A stretch of 23,725 nucleotides of DNA from Ginkgo biloba (Eukaryota > Plantae > Ginkgophyta). The notes under the pieces were generated by a model, which saw only the letters and a list, made by a program, of their open reading frames with translations, was not told the DNA's origin and made no database searches. Positions 1 to 11,832 of the stretch are shown piece after piece. Where the stretch lies: NCBI GenBank assembly GCA_024626585.2, contig JANKJI020000002.1:119900075-119923799 (forward strand), given 5' to 3'. The position numbers and the translations under genes are program-made. Numbering within the stretch: position 1 is the stretch's first letter; each line of letters opens with the position of its first letter.

Positions 1-3000
1 GAGGGACAAAAATTAAAAAAAAATAAAAACTAGTTAGATAGAATAATACAAAGTATACAAGGCACATATATCAATTATAATAATTATAAAATAAAAGGTA
101 AAATATGTAATCACACCTACTATTATAATAATGACCTAGCTTGTTGATATCACATGCTATCTAATTTAATACTTTGAATATATTATAATATAATCATTAA
201 GAGGAATCTGATAAAGGTTAAACGTAATAAAGTTTACAAGTGGATTCTCTACTATTAAATAAACATAAAACATGAAGAAATAATAGCTGAGAGATTCCAC
301 TCATATATGCATTGACATAGAGGGCAGGGAATTAACTACTTTTGCGTAGCTTGCCCAAAACTAATCAAATTCTCTTTAATGTAGGAGTTTGTGAAAAAGA
401 CAATGTAATTATAAAATAAGGAACGGCCAAAACTAATTGCATTTCTCTACTAGTTTTGGTATTAAAATATTGCTTATAAAGTAAATTCAATAAATTTTAT
501 TGGTAATTAAATACCCACTGCCATATTTCTAAATCTTAATTATATGAAATAATTCTATACATCATTAACTAATGCTAATTGGCATCTAAGTAAATATATG
601 ACATTATAATTATAATTTGTGTAAAATAATGGTAATAAAAGAGAAATCTAATCACACCATTAAATTCCCACCAATGATGATCAAACTGAATAACATTTTA
701 AACAACATCTTATGTTTGTTAAAATATAGCAATAAAAGTCAAAATAAAGCCATAAAACAATTAATTTATGAACAATTAGTAATCCTAAGATATTAGAAAA
801 TAATTGATCTAACACAAGAAATGAAACAAGTTTAATTAAAAAATGGATCATAATAATGACCTACCTTGGGCATGCATTAATAACAAAGGTGATCCCTACA
901 CCTATGGAGCATTGGAGAGTAGTTGGGGGAAGGTTGAATGTTAGTTGAAAAAAATGAGCACAAGAATAAAAGTTCACTATCAATTCACCTTCATAAGATT
1001 TCACTCAATGTGAAAATATCTATGTTTGATTCTACACTAAATGGAGAACATAGGTTCATAGATTCATTCCACAATGAGTGAAAATAAAAATGGAACATTG
1101 GTGAAAATTAACTTGTGTCTAACGCAAGTTGGGGATAACCTAATGCTTATGAATGTTGCACCTAAAATAGAAACTGGATTTGAGCATAAAGCATGATCCA
1201 ATATTCCATCATAATTTGTCGACAAGGTTAAAGGCGAGAAAAATATCTCTTTTGAGGAGAAAAAGCTAAACAAAAAGCACAAAAAGCCAAAGAGGGGAGG
1301 GAGAGGGAGCAACATAAGAGCCATAATAAGGGTGATTATATGCATAATGAGTATGTTAATTTATTGGCTATCAGTACCACTATAAGGTTATTTTGCCCTC
1401 AAACTAATATTTATGGTTATGCTTAATTATGTTATAACTATGATTAATTAAGTTGCTTAAAGAGATATGTAGTAGGCTATATTTGTAAAGAGTTTCCACA
1501 ATAGTATGTAGGCTAAGATTGAGGCTTATAAAGCCCATTTTGAGTATATAAGGGAAACCAAGATTAACTCCTAACATATAATTCAAATCTGATCTTGATT
1601 TCAGGTTGAACTTATGTTTCCTTTTGATATTTTAGACTCAAGTGAGTCCCTTACTAGTCTTTTCTTAGGCTCAGGTGGGCCCTACTATAATTTTTTCATT
1701 ATATATTATGATATTATGGATTTATGGCATGGATATTGGCTATATTGTGCATCTATTTTGTGTATTCTTATATATCTTTACATTTTATATCATTTGGAGT
1801 GATATTTTGGTAGNNNNNNNNNNNNNNNNNNNNNNNNNNNNNNNNNNNNNNNNNNNNNNNNNNNNNNNNNNNNNNNNNNNNNNNNNNNNNNNNNNNNNNN
1901 NNNNNNNNNNNNNTAAATATTTAATAAATATTTTTTATGTAAATTATCCTATAAAGGTTGCAAACACTAGTAAGGGGATACCCATAAGTTTAGTATTGAT
2001 GTTGTAGGAATAATTTTCCTCAATGGTATTCAAAAATATATTTATCAGGTAGAATTCATCATATATGTTCATTCCATATTTTTTATTCTTCATAGAATAT
2101 CACAAGGGAGAAGTCATTGGCATAGGGTACCTTTTGTTAGACACAATTGATAAAAACATAGATAAGTGGAAGAAAGGCTAGGAAAAGAAAGTTATAAACC
2201 TAGGATTAATATGATTGATCATCAATTCTATATTAGAAGAAGAGTAGGGTGCCTTAGAATATGCCCTTCCATCATTAATGGCACCTACTGAGCCTACATC
2301 AACACCAGTCAAAGAGAGGATCAACTCCACCAATTGAAACTATACCAATGATAGCATCTCTGGTGAGGACATAACTAATCAGAGAAGAGTAAGCACAAGA
2401 GGGGGAGGGGGAGGGAGTTTTTATAGTTGTAGAAATAATTCCAAGGTGCACACACATCGACGCATCCAACTTTTATGACACATGATAGACACACACACGA
2501 TCCCACAAGACAACGAAAGATGCTTCGTTAGATCCACAAAGGATTACACAAGCCCGCAGCCAATCAAACAGGATGTTAGTAGGAGGAAAACGTGATTATC
2601 ATTAATTTTATACTTTAGTTAATAAAAATCTTAAGATAGGGAATAATAATAATATCACAACCATCAACAGCGATACCAACCTATGAAATAAATTAAAATA
2701 AATATATATTCCATTTAGTCTTTTGCAGTTTTGATACTCAACGTACGTAATAATGCTGAAACGTGTTCTGAAATAAATTGGATTAAAACATGGCTGTGTA
2801 ATAGAATTGAATATTTTGGGATATTCTTGCTGGGGATAGAATGAACATGTAAGGAGAAAAACAACCGTGGAAATTGCTTGCTTCAAAGAAGTATTGCTTC
2901 AGGATCGGCAAGGCAATCAGATTCAGGCCGCGGAAAAAGAACCCTTCCATTTCTGCCAATTATCCCATCCAACAATTGCCAATACAGACATTTGGAACAG

Positions 3001-4796
3001 TCATCAAGGAACTGCACCAAATGTTATGTCCGAGTTAAGAGGGAACTAGCGAAACTATGGAATTGTTCACAAATATTAAAAAAAAAAATCAGAAATTCTG
3101 AATTGATAGCTGGTGGGTAATTCGCCTGGTTTAGCAGAAGAAGTGGAGAATTAGCATCTGCGCTTGTAANNNNNNNNNNNNNNNNNNNNNNNNNNNNNNN
3201 NNNNNNNNNNNNNNNNNNNNNNNNNNNNNNNNNNNNNNNNNNNNNNNNNNNNNNNNNNNNNNNNNNNNNNNNNNNNNNNNNNNNNNNNNNNNNNNNNNNN
3301 NNNNNNNNNNNNNNNNNNNNNNNNNNNNNNNNNNNNNNNNNNNNNNNNNNNNNNNNNNNNNNNNNNNNNNNNNNNNNNNNNNNNNNNNNNNNNNNNNNNN
3401 NNNNNNNNNNNNNNNNNNNNNNNNNNNNNNTTATTCTTGGAACTTGTGAACGTTGAGGATAAGCCTTATAAAAAACATAGGGCAATCGATATGAAGAGTC
3501 ATTCAACTTAAGAATAAATTTCTATATTTGTTTGAACAAGCTCTCCCAAGTATCATAAAGGTGGCCTCCTCCAACCATATAATGCCTTTAATGTTATATA
3601 AGTAGAGATTATATTAAGTATGATTTGATTCTAAATTGGTCACTTAGAGCACACTACATGTGAGACTAAATCAATGCACATAAAGATTTTTGCACAACTT
3701 TATCAAAGGTAGTACAATCACATACTCCATGCAAAACATGACAGTGCACCAACTTTTTACATTTGATTGTGGAATTGTCATATCAAAATCAAATTGAGCT
3801 CCATTTGAGGCCTTATTCCAATTATAAGCAACTATAATATGTTTTGGGCATTGGAGGCTCCTTTATATTATATGAGCACATTATGACCTGTACAACCATC
3901 TCAGAAAAAGCCTTGTGCTCACCATTAGACCAAATCCTCTATGTTTTGCTCCTGAACAAATAATAGTATATAGCCCTTATAGCTGATTCAAGAACATTCT
4001 AGATTATGTCGTTGTTATGGCACATACTGCAAGTTTTCTTTTTCTCTTTTTGAATTCTTTTTTCCGTGTTGAAGGCTATTTTATCTTCTGAGAGCAGTCT
4101 GTGAAAGTTTTACATGGTTAAATTAACATCTATTTCGTCATGAAGCAAATGTGTTGAAATTCTGGAATTCTTGATATAGATTATCAATGATTCAATTTGA
4201 TGGCATGGAACACGNNNNNNNNNNCTCTCAGATGGCAAATCACGAGTTACTTTTTTTATGGAATACTTTACCAATTAGAAGCACCAGAAACAAAGAAGCA
4301 TATGTGAATGATTAATTACGTTAATCTCTTGTTGATTATCACCAAATTAGTTTACCATCATACTCATCTTATTCTGCGCCATGATGTTGTTGTCCATAGG
4401 GCAAAATTTTTGCAGCATTTTGTGTTGTAAATCTATCTACTTGAATTTCCCATCATGTCTTTCCTTGTTTTTCTGCAGTCCTTTTGTCCTCAGCACCTAT
4501 ATGTTGATCTTCTCGCAGAAAAATAGTGGTTAGGATTCTCTGGTACCTAAATGCCTGAATTCCAATTTCTAGCCAAATTGCTTGCTCTACCAAAGATGAT
4601 ATTTCTTAGGCACTTTGGCAATTTATTGGACTAGTAATAATCATTGTGAAAATCATTTTCAAGAGGAAAAATTTTAAACTAGTATTGAAAATGTTTCTTC
4701 TCTGCCTCAAATCTCATAATACCCTATGATGCTTTCCTTCCAGCTTTGCTTCTCTTCAATTCAGGACACACATTTCCTCTAATATTNNNNNNNNNN

Positions 4797-5190
4797 AGAC
4801 ATGTCAAATTTCTGTTCATGCAATAGAACCATTTCCTGGTCGTTGAAGCCTTATCTTCAGAAACTGATGGTGCCACTCCTTGTGTCTTTGCTTCTCCATC
4901 TTAAAGGCCCATTGGGTGAGTGCACATTGTCAGCTTATGCAGCCTTGCTCTCAATGAGGCCTCATTATCAAGTAGACATTCAATAGAATCAAACTCTAGG
5001 AACTTTGAACTCAGTCGCTTCAGGTGCTTCTAGCCCATAGACTAGATAGGATAGTTTATGCTCCATGGATTTCTAAAATGTTGTGCCGAATTCTCAATGT
5101 GCATGTTCCATGGATTCCTTTATGATGAAGCTGCATATAATTAGATCATCCTTCCAACATTTTGTATAAGTGTCAAACTTTTTCCTAGGA
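4797..5190 (-). mobile_element. Ty3/gypsy (Athila/Tat-like) integrase C-terminal remnant, frameshifted
   Basis: Minus-strand translation across frames gives ...YLVYGLEAPEATEFKVPRV, IECLLDNEASLRARLHKL, WAFKMEKQRHKEWHHQFLK and DQEMVLLHEQKF. These match in order the gypsy integrase tail (PFxLVYGxEAvxPxEfxvPslri...qkrrKxwhDk...gdlVLly). Confidence 0.7.
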
Positions 5191-5489
5191 TGCTAGGGTG
5201 AGGATTAAGTAGAGGTCACCTAGACGACCATGCAACCAAGGGCTAGGCAAGGCTAATGAAATAGGCTTTGTGAAAGTACTTCTCTTGCTTTTAAGTCAGA
5301 ACTTTTTCACTACTAATGGCGACTTAATAAAGGGCCAAAGAAACATCTCATATAGGCAATGTGACCACAACCCAAAACAATTAGGACTAATATAAACATG
5401 TGATTAGGACTTTAGTATAACTAAGGATCATTTTGTAGCACAGATGGTGTCAAGGCCATTTATGTCGGCAGATCACACAAGGACTAAGG

Positions 5490-6479
5490 GTAGAACCTAC
5501 GCCATGCTCAACAAATAGAAGATCCGTGAAACCGAGTAATCTCTTAAGNNNNNNNNNNNCTATTGCCCTAGACTCTAGTAACTTAGTAGGAGCCAAGGGG
5601 GCTTATGTGCTAGATGATTCCTTGGCATCCAACGAAAAACACCGTTGAATTTGGTGCTTCCATCATCATCTTTGAGGGATCCTACCCCCTACACATAAGA
5701 TTCCTACTAGTAGCATCTCTTGAGATCCACTCAGGCTACTTGTAGCATTATATGGGATGCCTCCATGCTATTGCAAATTTTCACTAGATCCACCCAAGCT
5801 ACTTGTGGTTATGGGAATCCAATGTCCACATAGGGCATGTAGGACTAGGAATCTAGTCCATATAGACATCCAAATGATGGCATCCAACCATATACCAGTT
5901 TTGTAAGCATTGGCATTCCATCATTTAGGACTTTTATTACTACTAGCAATCTGCTCTTCAAATTCTGCTTCCAATAGAACCCCGACATTGAAAAATGGTG
6001 CTACAAATCCATACAGGACTCAAAACATCAAGCATCTTGCATTTCTAGAAAGTTCTATTAGAGGCGCATCCAAGGAATAAATTTGTGNNNNNNNNNNNNN
6101 NNNNNNNNNNNNNNNNNNNNNNNNNNNNNNNNNNNNNNNNNNNNNNNNNNNNNNNNNNNNNNNNNNNNNNNNNNNNNNNNNNNNNNNTAGGACTTGCCAA
6201 CCTTTTAACATCTAATAAGTTAGTTTACAACTTTTCTTACTATATTAGCCCATAGCGGGGCTCGTTCTTGCCTCTATATAGGGTTATGACCATTTGTTTC
6301 AAAGCTATTGAAAATGACAATGCTTCTAGGCACTTGTTTCCATCAAATAATGTTGTTTATTGCCCTTTAAGACTACGATAAACTCTAATGCCATGAAAAA
6401 AATTGATTGAATTGGTTGTTGGAGTATGGTAGAGAAGAATGTGTCGTAAATTATAGTGTGATATGCGTGGGTTATAACA
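5490..6479 (-). repeat. 3' LTR of the gag-only element (interrupted by N gaps)
   Basis: Starts TG immediately after the PPT. TATA-like CTATATAG at 6274-6281. Region 5490-5930 aligns by eye with 7666-8110, and 5955-6087 with 8440-8565 (direct repeats). The outer end is imprecise. Confidence 0.7.
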
Positions 6480-6488
6480 TCTCTCCCC
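6480..6488 (-). other. Polypurine tract (PPT)
   Basis: Minus strand reads GGGGAGAGA|TGTTATA, directly abutting the LTR TG. Confidence 0.7.
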
Positions 6489-7595
6489 AACTGCTTGAGC
6501 TTGTTGCCCTCAATTAGCCATTTTTGCTATAGTCTTTTGGCTCCATTTAACATGTCTCCCTGTGAGTGATCCTTTTCTTTATACCCTTAGCCTCTACATG
6601 TAAAGCATAGAATCTCCTAAAAACATTTTCTCTTGTTTTCATAATTTAACTTAGGATTTTGGTGTTGCACCTTTGATTCTTGGTCTTGTTTGTGCTGATT
6701 TGTACTTTGATTATGATGATCCTTGTTTACGAATATCTTGAATTGGTTTCTTGGAATGTCAATATTGAACTCTTCCTTCCTTTCCATTGATCCACTCATG
6801 ATGCTTTATGTTGCAAAAGCTTTGTTGAGGGCTTCATCCATGGTCTCGAGATTTTCTAAAGCCATGCTTATTTAATATTATTGTTTAACTATTTTAGAAA
6901 ATGGTGTAGTGGAACCTCCATTGATAGCCTTGGAGTTCGTGCTAAGAAGGCTTCTAGCTTGTGGCTATATTCTTTTGTTGACCCTATTTTCGTCAATTCA
7001 TCAATTTGCTTCAAAGGTTCTTTTGCATCATCAATGAGAGCACGCCTTTTTTTTTTTTTTTGTATCATGTAATTCCTAAGTGTCTACAAGCTCTCTTTCC
7101 CACATTTCACTTGTGTCTAAATTCTCTTCCATTGGATTCTTGATATATCCTTAAATGCCATTTGAGTAAGTCTTAGTATATTTTTATTTGAAGCATAATG
7201 GGCATCAAAATACCTTTCATCATTGCTTAAGCAAGTGTGGAAATTTGCTATGCTTTTGTGACCATCAAAATTCAACACTTTTAGTTTCTAGAAAAGCTTA
7301 ACATGCATATCCAATTAGTTATGGCTCACCCTTGATCTGTAACTACAAAGATTGACATGCTTGCGTAATCAATCATGTCCCTTGCCTTGGCTTCTTACTC
7401 ATACTTTGTGTCATGCTTTCTTTTCCTTCTTTAGAAAAGTTTTATTTAGTTTATCCTACATGATCTTCACCTTCTCTTCTCTTCTCTTGTTTTTCTTTCC
7501 TACATTTTTCCAAAGCAAGGTCTCTCACTTCGTTGTTGTTTTATGTAAGAAACCTCTTTCCTAAGTTCTTCAATAACCTTGTATGATTGCTCCAT
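6480..7595 (-). pseudogene. Retrotransposon gag, degenerate
   Basis: ATG at 7595 (MEQSYKVIEELRKEV). Later segments read VLNFDGHKSIANFHTCLSNDERYFDAH...RIQWKR, DELTKIGSTKEYSHKLEAFLARTPRLSMEVPLHHFLK*L and ETMDEALNKA, the Retrotrans_gag pattern. A decayed CCHC knuckle CFTCRG*GYKEKDH lies at 6566-6607. Multiple stops and frameshifts. Confidence 0.75.
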
Positions 7596-7627
7596 ACTTC
7601 TTGATGAGTGTGAACTCTGAAACCTCA

Positions 7628-7639
7628 ACTTTGATAACA
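7628..7639 (-). other. Primer binding site (tRNA-iMet type, degenerate)
   Basis: Minus strand TGTTATCAAAGT versus canonical TGGTATCAGAGC, 1 nt after the LTR-terminal CA. Confidence 0.65.
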
Positions 7640-7640
7640 G

Positions 7641-8589
7641 TGTTACAGTTCCCCAAGTTGTCTCCGTAGAATTTGTGTCATGATCAATAAGTAGAAGATT
7701 ATCAAAATCATCAATGAGTAATCCTACTTTTTAAATAGGATCAACCTGTTGCTTCCGTGTCTAATAACTTAGTAGGACCAAAGGGGGTTATGTACTAGAT
7801 GACCCTTCAGTACCTAGTTAGGAACATTGCCTAATAAAATCACATTGGTGCCTCCCTTACATTTGTTTATATGGAATGCCACCCCCTACACATAAGATCC
7901 CTTCTAGTAGCATCTCAAGATCTACTTGGGTTGCTTGTAGCATTATACGGGCTTCACCCATGCTACTATGACTTTGCACGGGATCCAACTGAGTTAGTTG
8001 TGGATATGGGAATCCATCCCCCACATAGAGCATCCAACCCTTATAAAGAGCATCTAGTGCTTTTCATTTAACCATAGATTTGTTTTGTAAGCATTAAGGC
8101 TCCATCATAGCCTAAAACACAAAGGTCTGTTAGGTCTCCATACATTGGCATCTAACCTTAAGCATCTATCCTCCAAGCAATAAGTCATTCAATCAAGCAA
8201 GCACTAGGATTCAATGGGCGATTATATTTTTACGGACAAGTAAATGAAGTTTGCCAATAACAATGAGACTTAATATAGTATGAGGATTACTTACCAATAG
8301 GATTTCCAACCCTTATATTGACTGCTTCCAACAATTATGATGCGTCCTTAGCCTCTTCAATCTTTAAATAGTCTCTGTAATGAATTCTTTATAAATTTGC
8401 TTCCATTTAGGGTCTTCGAACTACTTCCAATAGGCCACTCGTCAAATTCTTCTTCCAACAGAACCTTGACTTGGAAAAATGATTCTCCGTCTAGGACTCA
8501 AAACAACAAGTATTATACATTTTTGGAAAGCTCTTTCAAAGAGGCATCCAATGGAACAAATATGGGGTTCAATCAGAGTTTATTTGACC
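7641..8589 (-). repeat. 5' LTR of the gag-only element (runs into gap)
   Basis: Ends in CA next to the PBS. Homologous to 5490-6087, but carries about 300 bp (approx. 8110-8430) not seen in the other copy. Confidence 0.7.
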
Positions 8590-8699
8590 NNNNNNNNNNN
8601 NNNNNNNNNNNNNNNNNNNNNNNNNNNNNNNNNNNNNNNNNNNNNNNNNNNNNNNNNNNNNNNNNNNNNNNNNNNNNNNNNNNNNNNNNCAGTGTACTA

Positions 8700-9305
8700 T
8701 CATACATATGCAATGTACTATCAAGCTGTCCTTGCTACTCAACATTTTGAACAACTGTAAGTACTCCAATTCCCTTTGCTATTTGGACTTCTATGGGTCT
8801 TAGGTTTAGCAAGACTAATATTGTTGAGGCATTCAAAAGCTTCTTGGCTTTGGCTACTATTACCAAGGAAACTGGGTCCAAATTTCCCATAGCCCAAATA
8901 ACATATCCTTGGCCATTTGTAAGCAATTGGTATTGATTGGGCTTTCCTTTGAATTCAACATCTCTATCCTACAAATAAGGATTTCCGAATAATGCCCCAT
9001 ATACCTCTAGGGGAACCACATCACACTCAATCTCATCAATGAAGCCTTTTGAAATAGGAAAATTGAACTTACATTGCTTGTTGATGGAGTGTTATGCATC
9101 TTTATTCAACCATCCTAGAATGTAGGTAGTTGGGTATTCAATCATTGGCAACCCAAATTGCTTCATAATAGCCTCTGAGATCAAGTTCCTATGCTGCTTA
9201 GATCGAATATGGTTGAAACCATGGCTTTCTTAATTTGAATTTTGATTACATAAAGTTGTTCCCTTTGAGACTTATCCCTTAGCTCATGCGCCATTAATGC
9301 TAATT
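8700..9305 (-). mobile_element. Ty3/gypsy aspartic protease region remnant
   Basis: Translation EQLYVIKIQIKKAMVSTIFDLSS/RNLISEAIMKQFGLPMIEYPTTYILGWLNK...KQCKFNFPISKGFIDEIECDVVPLEVYGALFGNPYL*DRD matches the gypsy protease pattern (IxDxGSqxNlIS...CDVVPld...lLGxPyl). Confidence 0.8.
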
Positions 9306-9315
9306 GTTCATTGGT

Positions 9316-10093
9316 TGTTAACAGGATAATTACAACATGAAGACAACAAAGCAAAATGGCAATAAGTGACGTAATAATGACGATGGAATGTCAAGAAAGA
9401 TGCAATTATGATGAATAATAGGTATTATGATGACATGGCAATATGGTGGCCTGACAACATTTGGTAACACCATTGCAAACATGGCAACCTGAAAATGATC
9501 ATGTAATAACATAATTGATGACATGGTAGCTTGAAAATGATGATGTGGCAACATGAATGATGACTTCAACCAAGAAGGCACATTAATTGTAGTCTAATGT
9601 TAGCCCTAGAGCACCATTAATCAAGCAAAATAATCCACATTAAATGGAAATCTGATGGAATCACTCAAGAAAGGGAAAAACCCACATTTATTGTAGTCTT
9701 ATGTCAACATTTAGGAAGTACAATTAATGGCAAAAGAACCACATTAAATGTTGATTTGATGATGTCATCCAAGAGGGAGAAAATCACATTAATGGGGGCA
9801 TGCTTAATGCCCTAATAATGACGTAGACATAAAGCATTAATTACAGTTAAAAAACATGGAATTAATAGAGCATTAATTACTAACCCTAATCACATTAAAT
9901 GAAGATCATAAAGTCACATTTATTAACCCTAACAAGTTGCATCTAATGAAGACCATAAAGGCACATTTTATAGCTATAAATGAGATGCATTCAATGTGGT
10001 CATAAATGAAAGGACATTGTAGTAAATGAAGAGTCATAAAGTGTAGGGTTATAACATTTTAGCTTGAAAATGTTAGGAGGTGAAGTGAATATC
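9316..10093. mobile_element. Probable LTR fragment inserted into the protease-containing element
   Basis: Coding homology stops near TGTTAACAGG at 9316. The following DNA is non-coding and rich in reiterated GATGACATGGCA and CACATTAA motifs, typical of plant LTR subrepeats. Confidence 0.45.
9579..9795. repeat. Degenerate tandem repeat, period ~102-104 bp (2 copies plus start of a third)
   Basis: Units start CACATTAATTGTAGTC (9579), CACATTTATTGTAGTC (9683) and CACATTAAT (9785). They share internal CCACATTAAATG...TGATG...CAAGA..GG blocks. Confidence 0.75.
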
Positions 10094-10281
10094 NNNNNNN
10101 NNNNNNNNNNNNNNNNNNNNNNNNNNNNNNNNNNNNNNNNNNNNNNNNNNNNNNNNNNNNNNNNNNNNNNNNNNNNNNNNNNNNNNNNNNNNNGTTTGTC
10201 ATAGACAAGCACTGACAGGGTTGTGACAGAAATGTTAAGTTGCTTACAACTTAATATCAAAACCAAGATGCAAGGTCTTAC

Positions 10282-10314
10282 CATTGCTAATTCCTTGCAA
10301 GCAGCCTTTACACT
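10282..10314 (-). CDS. Candidate 33-nt micro-exon of an unidentified gene
   Basis: Minus strand reads tttctag|AGTGTAAAGGCTGCTTGCAAGGAATTAGCAATG|gtaaga, with canonical sites. Open in two frames (SVKAACKELAM or CKGCLQGISN), in T-rich intron-like context. Confidence 0.4.
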
Positions 10315-10783
10315 CTAGAAATATTCTAATCAGTCAGGGAATTAAATACCCATAATATTGTTTATTACAGCTAAAATTAATTACAAAATTAAACATGTGC
10401 TGCTGTTTACAATGAAGCTTGGCCTCTTGGTTTAATAACATTGTGTACAACACTAACAAGAGCCATGTGGTGGGGAGTCCCTGCCTTAATTCTATTTTTT
10501 CCATTGCATGAGGACATGATTTAAAAAACAATAATTTTTAGTAAATGCTTGTTCATTGATTGAAGATACGATTTAAGAAGTAATAATTGTTCATGTATGT
10601 ATTTGTTCCAAGAATAGAAATAGTTATAAAGAGTTAGAAAAGAATAAGAATAATGGCTATACAGTTGCCAAAAATGTAGCCAAAAAATGCAAGGCAAAAG
10701 TCTGATGTCCCTTCTACTTAGGTAGGGGCAATAACACTTGGAAACCATGATGCTTCTTTCATATTTTGCAAATAAACCCATAC

Positions 10784-10893
10784 CTTTTGGCAGCAACTCT
10801 GCTGCACACATAATCAAATTTGAACTTCGTACCTCTATTGTAGCTACATTGCATTTTGTATTGGGTCACAGACAAATATCTCATCCAATCCCA
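10784..10893 (-). CDS. Candidate exon of an unidentified gene
   Basis: atgcag|TGGGATTGG...GCCAAAAG|gtatgg encodes WDWMRYLSVTQYKMQCSYNRGTKFKFDYVCSRVAAK. An alternative tgcag/cag acceptor near 10800 would give a 15-18 nt exon. Confidence 0.3.
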
Positions 10894-11832
10894 CTGCATA
10901 TTACAGGCCAGAATAAAGCTATGCAGGTGGCTAATAGAGGGCTTAGAACCCATAAGAAAAGATGAAGATGATGAGATAGTAAAAAGGCACGNNNNNNNNN
11001 NNNNNNNNNNNNNNNNNNNNNNNNNNNNNNNNNNNNNNNNNNGAAGAAGGCCTAAAAAAAAAAAAAAAAAGAAGGGTCCATTGGAGCTGATCCATAAACC
11101 AAACAAGAAGTTTGGTGAGTCAACTGTGCCATTAAATTTTTGAGTAACTAGTTTTATTATGTCTAACTTCCTTTGAAGGAAGATTGCTCAAAAATTGCAC
11201 CCTATGGCAGGAGTGTGCCCCTACTGTAGGTTCAGCTCAGGGAATCCCTNNNNNNNNNNNNNNNNNNNNNNNNNNNNNNNNNNNNNNNNNNNNNNNNNNN
11301 NNNNNNNNNNNNNNNNNNNNNNNNNNNNNNNNNNNNNNNNNNNNNNNNNCCTACTCATCCTTGAGTGGCTCTTGAAAGAAGAACTTGATTCTTCTCTAAA
11401 TAGCAAGAAACTTCATCTCCTTTATTTTTCTATACCTCTTCCTTATTATTTGGTCTATTCTTTATCTTCCTCTTTTTACTCTCTGATGCTCATGTTGTAA
11501 GCCTACTATCTTCATGCTTGTTTTACATCTACTTTAACTTTTAAGCATTCCTGATTAATTTTGCATGTCTCTTTTTTCTCTTCTTACTTATAAAAGTGCT
11601 AAGTTTTCCATCTCAATTTCATCTTTGATGCAAATTTTTAATGTCTTTGCCCTAAATTGCTGTAGATGGACTCTAAGTCGGGCCTGGAGTTGTTTGTTTG
11701 TGAGAAGACAATGTTTCAGATGATACTGTGTTATAAACTCTGTTTTGGATTTGAAATTGGTGTCATGGTATGATTTCTTCCTTTGTGGTCATGGTATTCA
11801 CATATGAGGGTTTTTTGATATGTGTACATTAG

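Larger units (their letters stand above)
5490..8589 (-). mobile_element. Non-autonomous gag-only Ty3/gypsy LTR retrotransposon (TR-GAG-like)
   Basis: On the minus strand: 5' LTR ending ...GGGGAACTGTAACA at 7641, degenerate tRNA-Met PBS, decayed gag with zinc knuckle, PPT, then TGTTATAACCC starting the 3' LTR at 6479. The internal region 6480-7640 (1161 bp) has no gaps and no PR/RT/RH/IN. Confidence 0.75.

Noticed and set aside
1-1813. AT-rich region with PPT-like GGGGGAAGG near 924 and TATA-like TATATAAG near 1545
   Set aside because: Probably decayed TE/LTR DNA, but I found no second copy or coding motif to support boundaries.
2365-2424. EDITNQRRVSTRGG plus G-rich tract, resembling the start of a gypsy chromodomain or a PPT
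   Set aside because: Too short; no downstream LVKW/ATWE motif and no adjacent LTR TG.
11054-11070. Poly(A) run as a possible retro-insertion tail
   Set aside because: Next to a gap, with no TSD or identifiable element body.
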